Of a stretch of 64,000 nt of DNA, positions 41,761 to 49,831 are shown in pieces. Position 1 is the stretch's first letter. Each line of letters opens with the position of its first letter. Position numbers and translations under genes: made by a program. The notes below the pieces were generated by a model. That model made no database searches. It was given only the letters and a program-made list of their open reading frames with translations, and was not told the origin of the DNA. Source of the stretch: Candidatus Buchananbacteria bacterium (GTDB lineage: Bacteria > Patescibacteriota > Patescibacteriia > 2-01-FULL-39-33); the NCBI GenBank assembly GCA_030650095.1, contig JAUSEE010000001.1, positions 8,199 to 72,198 of the forward strand. Direction: 5' to 3'.

Positions 41761-41832
41761 TGTCCTCAAGAGGAATTGAACCTCTATTTCAGGCTCCGCA
41801 AGCCGGCGCTCTATCCTTTGAGCTATGAGGAC
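41761..41832 (-). tRNA. tRNA-Arg(GCG)
   Basis: rc GTCCTCA TA GCTC..GAGC G CCGGC TT GCG GA GCCTG..AGAGG TTCAATT CCTCT TGAGGAC A; one anticodon-stem mismatch; no encoded CCA. Confidence 0.88.
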
Positions 41833-41857
41833 GAATAAAAGAATAATCTTTTAAAAA

Positions 41858-42361
41858 TTAAATCCTCAATAGACGGCGCAATCTTTCAGATAATGGTTCA
41901 GCTTCCCTTTCCAAATCTTCTTTTAAGAATTGCAACAGGAATTCCCTTATCCCAATAACATCCAAGCCGTCTAAATCAACAACCAATCTACCCCTAAGCG
42001 GATTTTTGAAATCCACGTATAAATTCTTAATGCCATGATCCTGATAAATGATAAAGAAATTATCAATATGTTTATAGAAAAAGAAGTTCTTGCCATGCTT
42101 TATGCCATCATTGGTGATAGTACAATCCACCAACTCCGGTTGCTTGAATTCATACATTATGACTACCAAATAAAACAAGACCAGGAAGACGGCAAAAAGA
42201 TAATTAATGGTGTATATCGCCCAACCAACCATTAGAGCAATAATTAAAAACGATATTAAATACCAAGCTACGCTCTTTTGATATTTAACATAATCATGGC
42301 ATTTCCAAGAAAAAACCACCTCGCTTAATTGTTGATTTTCTGTTTTGTTTGGCATGGACAT
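41858..42361 (-). CDS. Conserved-looking hypothetical membrane protein (2 TM plus PH-like domain)
   Basis: W...Y.K...WY, two TM helices, soluble C-terminus. Confidence 0.7.
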   Translation of the reverse strand: MSMPNKTENQQLSEVVFSWKCHDYVKYQKSVAWYLISFLIIALMVGWAIYTINYLFAVFLVLFYLVVIMYEFKQPELVDCTITNDGIKHGKNFFFYKHIDNFFIIYQDHGIKNLYVDFKNPLRGRLVVDLDGLDVIGIREFLLQFLKEDLEREAEPLSERLRRLLRI

Positions 42362-42400
42362 ATTTTTAATAAAAATTATTTTATAATCTTTTTAAAATAC

Positions 42401-42631
42401 CTATAAACCGCACAAATGCATGCTAACAGCGGCTTTTATGGCTTTAAACCTATCTTCTGATAATTCCGGAAAAACATCTCTGATTTTTTGTTCAAATTTA
42501 TTCCAACTGCCATCATCATCTTTGTTTAAATCTTCTTCGACAAATTGTTCTATCCTCTCATTAAAGAGAGCTAATTCTTCAGCCGCGGTCATTTTTTCTT
42601 CATCAACTTCACTTTTATTTTCAAAATTCAT
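42401..42631 (-). CDS. Small acidic hypothetical protein
   Basis: 76-aa ORF with natural-looking composition, co-oriented with its neighbours. Confidence 0.55.
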   Translation of the reverse strand: MNFENKSEVDEEKMTAAEELALFNERIEQFVEEDLNKDDDGSWNKFEQKIRDVFPELSEDRFKAIKAAVSMHLCGL

Positions 42632-42661
42632 GGTTAGAAAAATTATTAATTACTTTATCTC

Positions 42662-42920
42662 AAAAATTGGGATAAAAATTTATATGCGGAGAGGGTGGCC
42701 TGGCCTGCCGGTAGGCAGGGATTTACGGAATAATTTGCCACCAAAAAGTGGCAAATTATTCTGTCCTGGGTGGCCGCCAATCCTGCGCCAGCTCGGATTG
42801 GCTTAAAGTTTCGTTTCGACGCTCGGCTTCCGCCTTGCTTCTCACTCAACTTGCCACCCGTTCAAATCCCGCTATCTCATATCTAAATTTTTATCCTAAA
42901 AATTGGGATAAAAATTTATA
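42662..42920. mobile_element. tRNA-Ser(TGA) 3'-linked mini-element: duplicated tRNA end and flank, 151-bp core, fold-back copy
   Basis: 42662-42698 = 42898-42934 (37 bp); core 42718-42868 vs 43046-43196 with 3 mismatches. Confidence 0.8.
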
Positions 42921-42922
42921 TG

Positions 42923-43009
42923 CGGAGAGGGTGGGATTCGAACCCACGGTCCCCGTGAAGGGACTTCAGTTTTCAAGACTGACACATTCGACCACTCTGT
43001 CACCTCTCC
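42923..43009 (-). tRNA. tRNA-Ser(TGA)
   Basis: rc GGAGAGGTGACAGAGTGGTCGAATGTG TCAGT CT TGA AA ACTGA-variable arm-GTGGGTTCGAATCCCACCCTCTCCG. Confidence 0.95.
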
Positions 43010-43022
43010 ATCTAAAATTGTA

Positions 43023-43254
43023 TTATCACTTACTGCAGAGAAGGAGGGATTTACGGCATAATTTGCCACCAAAAAGTGGCAAATTATTCTGTCCTGGGTG
43101 GCCGCCAATCCTGCGCCAGCTCGGATTGGCTTAAAGTTTCGTTTCGGCGCTCGGCTTCCGCCTTGCTTCTCACTCAACTTGCCACCTGTTCAAATCTTAG
43201 CTTCTTTCATAAGCTGATTTGAGAATGAGGATAAACCACATTATCAAATCATCT
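43023..43254. mobile_element. tRNA-Ser(GCT) 3'-linked mini-element (second copy of the 151-bp core)
   Basis: CTGCAGAGAAGGAGGGATT at 43033-43051 copies the GCT tRNA 3' end; core 43046-43196; fold-back 43188-43275. Confidence 0.8.
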
Positions 43255-43255
43255 G

Positions 43256-43345
43256 CGGAGAAGGAGGGATTCGAACCCTCGATACGCTTAAAAAACGTAT
43301 AACGGATTAGCAATCCGCCGCTTTCAGCCACTCAGCCACCTCTCC
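43256..43345 (-). tRNA. tRNA-Ser(GCT)
   Basis: rc GGAGAGGTGGCTGAGTGGCTGAAAGCG GCGGA TT GCT AA TCCGT-variable arm-GAGGGTTCGAATCCCTCCTTCTCCG. Confidence 0.95.
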
Positions 43346-43368
43346 AGTTATTCGAAGATAACTAAAGC

Positions 43369-43397
43369 ATTTTATCACAAAAAAGTCGTCTTGTAAA
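43369..43397 (-). promoter_or_regulatory. Sigma70-like promoter for the tRNA-Ser pair
   Basis: TTTACA-17 nt-TAAAAT with extended -10 TG. Confidence 0.55.
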
Positions 43398-43491
43398 TAC
43401 CCTAAATTAAAGATAAAAATGTGCAAACTGATGCTAATCTTGTCTTTATTATAACATAATACCGCTAAGCTATCAAAAACAGTTTATTTTA

Positions 43492-44196
43492 TTAACTTCT
43501 TATTAAAACCAAGCCCCAAACCGTTTTATAGCCCGCTTCTTTTAATTTTTTGGCGCATTCCTCCAGAGTTGATCCGGTAGTATAGACATCGTCTACTATA
43601 ACAATCGGCTTATTATAATCGGCTTGCAAATTGACAGTGGTTTTGAAACTGCCGGTAATATTAACATGCCTTTTACTGGCGCCCAGACCCACTTGATGGC
43701 GATTGTACTTTATCTTTTTTAACAATTGATCATTAATTTTATTACCACCAATACCGCTGATGATATCGCAAATCAATTGCGATTGATTAAAGCCTCTCTC
43801 CAAAAATCTCCTAGGGTGAAGCGGCACGGGTGTTAAAACAAAAAAATCCCGCCAAAGGGGATTCTTGCCAAAGTATTCCACAAATCTTGGTTTCAAATGA
43901 TTAAAAATATCAGGAATAAAATTATATTTTACCAGATGTATCATTTTCTGGCTTAACTTGTTGTTCTCCAAAATTACCAACAGTCCATCCAGATTGGAAA
44001 TATGACGGCAATAGCCGCAAACCTGTCCGTCTTTGTTTTCCAAACCGCAAATCGGGCATAAATTATAATTATACAACCTTAATTGGCTCAAACATCTAAG
44101 GCAAAGCCAGTCGCCTTCAGCTCTACAAGACAAGCACTTAATGGGAAAAATAATGTCTAAAAATATTTTTTTTAATTTACTGCCAAACAGCTTCAT
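43492..44196 (-). CDS. comF: ComF family protein (double Zn ribbon plus PRTase)
   Basis: CLSC..CLRC..CPIC..CGYC; PVPLH..R..ERGFNQS; IVDDVYTTGST. Confidence 0.93.
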   Translation of the reverse strand: MKLFGSKLKKIFLDIIFPIKCLSCRAEGDWLCLRCLSQLRLYNYNLCPICGLENKDGQVCGYCRHISNLDGLLVILENNKLSQKMIHLVKYNFIPDIFNHLKPRFVEYFGKNPLWRDFFVLTPVPLHPRRFLERGFNQSQLICDIISGIGGNKINDQLLKKIKYNRHQVGLGASKRHVNITGSFKTTVNLQADYNKPIVIVDDVYTTGSTLEECAKKLKEAGYKTVWGLVLIRS

Positions 44197-44740
44197 CTAC
44201 TTTCCAGTCATCGCCTGTTTTTAAAACACTAAGTTGAACTTTGGAATAATCAATTATCGGTTCGGCTTGCTCGCCTTGGAATTTACTTAGCTGAAGCGAT
44301 ATTAAAACCATGGCCTTATCTGCGCTTAAATATATAAGCTGGTTATTTAGAGCCTTGGCTTCTTGAGCTTCAAAACCATTAGTTCCTATTCGAGAAGTGG
44401 CGATGAAACTATCAATGGAAGATTGCATTTTAGATGTGGACAATATTTTTAAATCTTCTAAATTCTTAAACTTGGCATCGCTGGAATAGCTGGCAAACCT
44501 CTCGGCAAAGGAAGAAGTAAGCGATTCTAGCCCCAAAGGGTAATCCTTTTCCGTGCTTTGTCTTTCGGCGCTAGGCGGAGGCAACAAATCAATTTGGCCA
44601 AGAGACGTGGGCTGATTGCCATTTTCATTTTCTGGCGGATTAACTTCGGCCGGTTTTTTATTGAAAAAAAATAAAAATATCAAAACTGCCGCCACTAAGG
44701 CCAGCGCTGAAATTAAAATTATTTTATTTCTTCTGGACAT
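44177..44740 (-). CDS. Bitopic membrane protein, VirB8/TcpC-like (NTF2-like) candidate
   Basis: N-terminal TM; FAERFASYS; C-terminal WKVD; directly downstream of VirB4. Confidence 0.55.
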   Translation of the reverse strand: MSRRNKIILISALALVAAVLIFLFFFNKKPAEVNPPENENGNQPTSLGQIDLLPPPSAERQSTEKDYPLGLESLTSSFAERFASYSSDAKFKNLEDLKILSTSKMQSSIDSFIATSRIGTNGFEAQEAKALNNQLIYLSADKAMVLISLQLSKFQGEQAEPIIDYSKVQLSVLKTGDDWKVDEAVWQ

Positions 44741-44759
44741 GTTATTAAATATTTAATAT

Positions 44760-46658
44760 TTATTCTCTGGCTAACGACTGCTCGAATTCTTTCTTGGCTT
44801 GTTCAATTTCCAGTAGCTGCCTGGGATCAGAAGTTATCAATTGATCTTCCGAATAAGAAGCAACTACTCTTATGGCCGCATGCTTAGCGCCGGCAAAAAA
44901 GATGCCTTCACCCACACCGCATTCCAACAGCAAGTATTTTTCCCCTTCGGTAAGCAGGAATGTCTTTTGAATCAAACTGGCGGCAGCAGGCGACTGCTTC
45001 ATAAGAAGCTGTAAAGACGAGTTATTAACAATGGCTTGGCCATAAGGAGAAGTCAAAAAATCATTAACATCTTGGGTAATCGTGGTAACGCCCAAATAAT
45101 ACTTACGGCATCTTTTGACCAAGGCAAATATAAACTTGGCGCTATCCTCTCTTTGCATCAGCCACCAGGCTTCATCCACTACCAGTATCCTTCTTTTGGT
45201 TTCGCTTCTAACCACATTCCAAATATAATTAACGATGGTATAAATGGCCAGGGGTTTTAATTCATCCTCTAAATCACGCACACTGAAAGCCACCAATTGA
45301 TTATTCATGGCCACATTGGTGGGATTATTCAAGAGTCCGGCAAAAGTGCCTTCGGTGTATTTTTTTAATCTTAAAACTATATTTTCACCATTTTCCATGC
45401 CTTCCAAAATCTCTGCAAAATCCTGCATAATAGGCGGTTCCACCAGAGATAAATCAGTATTGGCTGTTATATCTTTTTTGGCGTAAGTCTCCAGCAGGGC
45501 TCTGTCGATTATGGAATCTTCTTCCGGTGTGATATCGCCGATCATCAGTTTAATCAAACCCTTGACTGTTATCACCGCTCCCCTGATGATATCATCGGTC
45601 CTGGCATCTTCGCCAATGGATCTGGGCAAATCAAAAGGATTTATCTTGCTCTCGGAATTAAGGGAAACATCAATATAGGTTCCACCGACAGCATCGCACA
45701 GATGCTTGTATTCCCTTTCGGGATCAATAATGATAACTTCGGTGCCAAACATCAAGCTTCTTAAAACTTCTAATTTTATGGCGTATGATTTGCCGGCGCC
45801 GGAAGTGGCAAAAACAACCGAGTTGGCATTTTGCAGAGAAAATCTGTCAAACAGAATCAAACTGTTATTATGCCTATTGATGCCAAAGAGCACTCCGTTG
45901 TCAGAGGTTAAATCGGAAGAAACAAAGGGAAAAGAACTGGCCGCCGGAGAGGTGTTCATATTGGTTAGAATCTGCAGATCATCGGAAGCAATGGGCAAAG
46001 TGGAATTAAAGCCTTGTTCGGCTTGATAAAAAACCCTTCTGGAATAAACCAAAGTGGAACCCAAAATATTTTCTACGCTTTCACAAGAATTGTCTAAGGC
46101 CTCCAGAGTCTTATCATAAACAGTTATATACAAAGCTGTCTGAAAAAAATGCTCAATGCCTTGGGTTAAATCATCCCTTAATTTTTCCATATCTCTTAGA
46201 GCCGTTTCCCGAAGCGGATCGCGAGGAGCGCCTTTTTCGGCATCAGAAATAAGTCCGGCTTGCAAGGCGCCGACTTTTTTCTTGAGCTGTTTTAAAATGA
46301 TAGGAGCTTTAACCGGATAAAAATAAATAGCCATATCAGCCGTAACATTAAGGTTGATAATGGGGGCAAACCAGCCCACATTTATATATCTGGGATATTC
46401 AATGACAAAAATCGTTTTGATAAAATAATCCCCCAATTTAATATACGAGCCGGTTACTTCCAGTGAAGCCGGAGAAATAAAATCACGCACCGAAACAATG
46501 CCCCGCCTATAAACCCTTTCTTCCTCCAGGGCTTTTTTGCTGGTTTGTATCTCTTGAGAGAGCATTTCTTTTCTTTGGCTGGCAGTCAAAGCCGGAGCCC
46601 GGTCCAGTTCCTGTGCTCTTGTTTTATCAACCTTATTCAGTTGACTTGGATCAAACAT
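44760..46658 (-). CDS. VirB4/TraC-like T4SS ATPase
   Basis: FATSGAGKSY Walker A, IIDPEREY, INPFD, LVVDEAW Walker B, RKY..GVTTITQ. Confidence 0.92.
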   Translation of the reverse strand: MFDPSQLNKVDKTRAQELDRAPALTASQRKEMLSQEIQTSKKALEEERVYRRGIVSVRDFISPASLEVTGSYIKLGDYFIKTIFVIEYPRYINVGWFAPIINLNVTADMAIYFYPVKAPIILKQLKKKVGALQAGLISDAEKGAPRDPLRETALRDMEKLRDDLTQGIEHFFQTALYITVYDKTLEALDNSCESVENILGSTLVYSRRVFYQAEQGFNSTLPIASDDLQILTNMNTSPAASSFPFVSSDLTSDNGVLFGINRHNNSLILFDRFSLQNANSVVFATSGAGKSYAIKLEVLRSLMFGTEVIIIDPEREYKHLCDAVGGTYIDVSLNSESKINPFDLPRSIGEDARTDDIIRGAVITVKGLIKLMIGDITPEEDSIIDRALLETYAKKDITANTDLSLVEPPIMQDFAEILEGMENGENIVLRLKKYTEGTFAGLLNNPTNVAMNNQLVAFSVRDLEDELKPLAIYTIVNYIWNVVRSETKRRILVVDEAWWLMQREDSAKFIFALVKRCRKYYLGVTTITQDVNDFLTSPYGQAIVNNSSLQLLMKQSPAAASLIQKTFLLTEGEKYLLLECGVGEGIFFAGAKHAAIRVVASYSEDQLITSDPRQLLEIEQAKKEFEQSLARE

Positions 46659-46683
46659 AAATAAAAAAATAAAAAATTATTAA

Positions 46684-47358
46684 CTACTGCTCCACATCTA
46701 ATTTATTGATATCAGCTATCTTCTGGCTTTCAGAAATAGTCGGATTATAGGTATTATAAAATAGTTCTATCAGTGATTGGGTGTTTAAAATAGAAACTCT
46801 AAGTCCCATGCTCATTAAGCCGGAAATTATTTTATCAACTTCAATGAAAAGCTCCTGATGGCGCTTGGAAAATTCTTTTTGGCTTAATTTAATCAGTTTG
46901 GTCGGTGAAACAACATCGGTGCTTCTTTCCCAAAAATTTCTTTTTTTGCCAAAAGACGCGTTATAATAAACCACTACGTAGAATTTTTTGGTCATGATAT
47001 CTCCTAATTCCACTAATTCGGAAATATATTTTCGGTATTCCGATGTTTGGAGTTTGAGTAAATCATTGGCCTGCTCCTCTTCGGCTCTTTTGATATCCGC
47101 CAAGTAATTATCCAAATTCAACTTCCGGGATTGTATCACTATTTGCAAAGTGGTATCCAAGGAATTTAAAAAAGATATATAGCCGGCCACAATGGCATTT
47201 TGTTCTTCTTCTGATTTCAAAGCAAAATTCATGCTGGATACCAGAAGAACGGATCGAAGAGTGCCATCTTTCATAATAACAGCATCATCCCTTATTTCAG
47301 AAATAGTCATGTAGCTTTGGGTGCTGGGTGTGGATTTTGTCGCTTTTCTGTTAGCCAT
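46684..47358 (-). CDS. T4SS-associated protein (VirB4 N-terminal/TraC-like domain)
   Basis: SSMNFALKSEEEQNAI..Y..FLNSL...LQIVIQSR; lies between PrgI and VirB4. Confidence 0.75.
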   Translation of the reverse strand: MANRKATKSTPSTQSYMTISEIRDDAVIMKDGTLRSVLLVSSMNFALKSEEEQNAIVAGYISFLNSLDTTLQIVIQSRKLNLDNYLADIKRAEEEQANDLLKLQTSEYRKYISELVELGDIMTKKFYVVVYYNASFGKKRNFWERSTDVVSPTKLIKLSQKEFSKRHQELFIEVDKIISGLMSMGLRVSILNTQSLIELFYNTYNPTISESQKIADINKLDVEQ

Positions 47359-47379
47359 ACTTGCTTAACTTTAGCTATT

Positions 47380-47841
47380 TTATTTCTTTAAATTATTTAC
47401 ATGATTGATTACGCCTTCTCCTTGATAAACGCCGCCGGTATCAACTATCAGGGCTAATTCAGACAGATTAGAAGCATTGATAATCTTTTTTCTAACAGCC
47501 ACTTCCGGCCCCTTTTCTTCTTTGGGCTTTTTTAAACTCATTTTTATATCCGCCTCACTGATGGTTTTACGCCAAATTTTAAGCTTGGGATTTTTGATGG
47601 TAGTTATAAAATTAAGCAGGAAATTATGAAAATGCTGGCCGTTTATTTTAATGAAAGCAAAGGTAACGGTGATGACCAAAACCAGCAAGCCGGAAACCAC
47701 AAACAAAGAAAAATCAAAAATTTTATAAAAGATAAAAATAATGATTCCTCCTATTACCATCTCTATAAACTGGCGGACAGTTATGGGGCCGATTATCCTG
47801 TCTTCAACATCTAAAAATTGTGGTACGGTTATTTGTTCCAT
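47380..47841 (-). CDS. PrgI/VirB3-like membrane protein
   Basis: VPQFLDVEDRIIGPITVRQF plus two TM helices. Confidence 0.85.
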   Translation of the reverse strand: MEQITVPQFLDVEDRIIGPITVRQFIEMVIGGIIIFIFYKIFDFSLFVVSGLLVLVITVTFAFIKINGQHFHNFLLNFITTIKNPKLKIWRKTISEADIKMSLKKPKEEKGPEVAVRKKIINASNLSELALIVDTGGVYQGEGVINHVNNLKK

Positions 47842-47905
47842 AAACCATGAATAGTAAATTATAAATTCAAAATATCAAGCTCCAAATAAATATCAAATCT
47901 CAAAC

Positions 47906-48274
47906 TCAAATTGGCTTATTTTTGCTCTTTTCTATTATAGCAGCAAATATTTTTAAAAGCTGACAGGTTTCATCCAAAAGCAGCTCCATTTTCACCTTAA
48001 GCCGCGGATTGGCTTCAATAATCAGTTTTAACCAATAGACTGTCTCTTTAGCTTCTTTACGACATATCCTCATTCTAAATTGAAAATCTTTTTTTGTTTC
48101 AGTTTCATTAGCTTCTCTATAATTAGCCCCTAGCGATAACCCCGATCTAACCACCTGCCTTACCAATACATTATTAACAATGTTTAGTGGAATATTCTTC
48201 GCCATTTTTATTATTCTCTTGCCATATTCCAGTGTTCTATCTTCAAGGTCATAACTATTTGTAATTTCTACCAT
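47906..48274 (-). CDS. Four-helix-bundle protein (23S rRNA IVS protein family)
   Basis: DLEDRT...QVVRSGLSLGANYREANE..TKKDF...ICRKEAKETVYWL; AT-rich inverted flanks. Confidence 0.92.
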   Translation of the reverse strand: MVEITNSYDLEDRTLEYGKRIIKMAKNIPLNIVNNVLVRQVVRSGLSLGANYREANETETKKDFQFRMRICRKEAKETVYWLKLIIEANPRLKVKMELLLDETCQLLKIFAAIIEKSKNKPI

Positions 48275-48328
48275 TGTGATTTATTTGATATTTGAAATTT
48301 TGAATTTGTTATTTTATATTTTTAGTGT

Positions 48329-49819
48329 TTAATATCTTAAATCTTTATTTATCTCCCCAATAGAGTTGAATTCTTCTATAGATAAGGTGGGCTTATGGCT
48401 TTCTATTCTCTCATTAATTATATCATCAATGCTGCGTCCCTGTCGCATGCTTTCCTGGCCCAACAACCTGTAAAATCTGTTAATTTCATTTTTATGCCAG
48501 GCTTCTACCGCTTCTAATTTCTTTATATAGGAATCTTTCTCCAGCAGTTCTATCTTGTCTTTTATTTTAGCGGTAGCCTCATGAGGCGTCTGTCCCAGCC
48601 GGCGGAAATTTATCAAAGTCATAGTGCCCAGCTCTTCCACTGGCCCGACCAGTGTAGTGTTTATCCTAACGCCATCCACCGATGGCTTGCCAAATCTGAT
48701 ATTTCTGGGTGAGAGTGTTGATTTGGCCATAGGCTGAGGCTGTGGAGCAATAGGAACTTTAGTTTCCAGCGGTTTTATGGCCGCTGGCAAAACTAGTGGA
48801 GTTGGAGCCACCGGCACAGGAGGAACAATTTTAATTTTTTCTGGAACATTAATGGGTTGAACTTTTCTGATTTGATTAAAATCAGTTATCTTCGGCCGAA
48901 TCATTAAATCATCGCCTTGCGGTGATTTTATCACCGGCAAACCGTCTTCTTCTTCAATTTTAGGCGCCAAAGACAAATCCGGTTTGACTAGCCTTTTTTC
49001 TGCCACTTTCGGCTCACTTACCGCTGGCGCCGGTTCTTTTATTATCGAGCCATTCTTTTTGGCTTCCAAAGTGGTTTTAGCCGGAACAAAGGGCTTTTTA
49101 ACCGGAAAGTTAATTGGTTTTTTTTCACTGGATGTTTCCCCTTCTTTAGGCAAAAGTCCTTGGCTTATTTTTTCACGAATTAAAGCAATCACTTTTCCCG
49201 CTTCGTCCTCGGTCATGGCCAAACCGCCTACCTTACGGCTTTTCTTTAAAACTTCCAATGTTTCCATTTCGTCTCTGATATCTTTTAGCCGCGCCATAAT
49301 TATATTTTTAAAACGGCTTAAAATAACTTCATCTCCATTAATGCTGTAACCGGACTGCGAAATAATAAGTTCGGCCAAAGAAGAATAATCATGTGCTTTT
49401 GGCTTACTAGCAGAAGAAGAAATTATTTTTTTTATTTCTTCGTCGTCTTCGGGTGAAAAAGAAATGTGGGTATTAGGTTGAACTGGTTGTTTTATTTGTG
49501 GCTCTTTACTGTCTATTTCAGCCGATCCGCCCAAGCCGTTAAGCAATTCTTCCACCCCGCTGATTTGATCTTTGAGCGGCATAAACCTGCTTAAAACGGC
49601 AGCCAGAGCTATTTTTTTTACAGTCTCTTCGTCTTTTCTAACCGCTTTTTTAAGTTCGGGCAAAAAATCAGCCAGTTTAACCGAACCTAAAATAATTCTG
49701 GAAATCAACTTGATTATTTCTTTGATTTCACTATCGGTCAAAGCAAAAGATGCCAGCCAAGCATTGGCCTTTTTTAATTCTACCACATCATCAAAAATAT
49801 TTTTAATTTCTTCCGACAT
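48329..49819 (-). CDS. Hypothetical protein with Pro/Lys-rich linker in the T4SS operon
   Basis: 496-aa ORF; helical N- and C-terminal domains (LVGPVEEL..FRRL). Confidence 0.75.
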   Translation of the reverse strand: MSEEIKNIFDDVVELKKANAWLASFALTDSEIKEIIKLISRIILGSVKLADFLPELKKAVRKDEETVKKIALAAVLSRFMPLKDQISGVEELLNGLGGSAEIDSKEPQIKQPVQPNTHISFSPEDDEEIKKIISSSASKPKAHDYSSLAELIISQSGYSINGDEVILSRFKNIIMARLKDIRDEMETLEVLKKSRKVGGLAMTEDEAGKVIALIREKISQGLLPKEGETSSEKKPINFPVKKPFVPAKTTLEAKKNGSIIKEPAPAVSEPKVAEKRLVKPDLSLAPKIEEEDGLPVIKSPQGDDLMIRPKITDFNQIRKVQPINVPEKIKIVPPVPVAPTPLVLPAAIKPLETKVPIAPQPQPMAKSTLSPRNIRFGKPSVDGVRINTTLVGPVEELGTMTLINFRRLGQTPHEATAKIKDKIELLEKDSYIKKLEAVEAWHKNEINRFYRLLGQESMRQGRSIDDIINERIESHKPTLSIEEFNSIGEINKDLRY

Positions 49820-49831
49820 TTTAGATTATTT

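Noticed and set aside
42420-43177. Near-duplicate ORFs (MSEKQGGSRA..., ...PPILRQLGLA)
   Set aside because: Translations of the repeated 151-bp core and of tRNA sequence; lengths not conserved
35339-48274. Diversity-generating retroelement (repeat pair plus Avd-like fold)
   Set aside because: The 104-bp pair is identical with no adenine-specific mismatches, and there is no reverse transcriptase in the window
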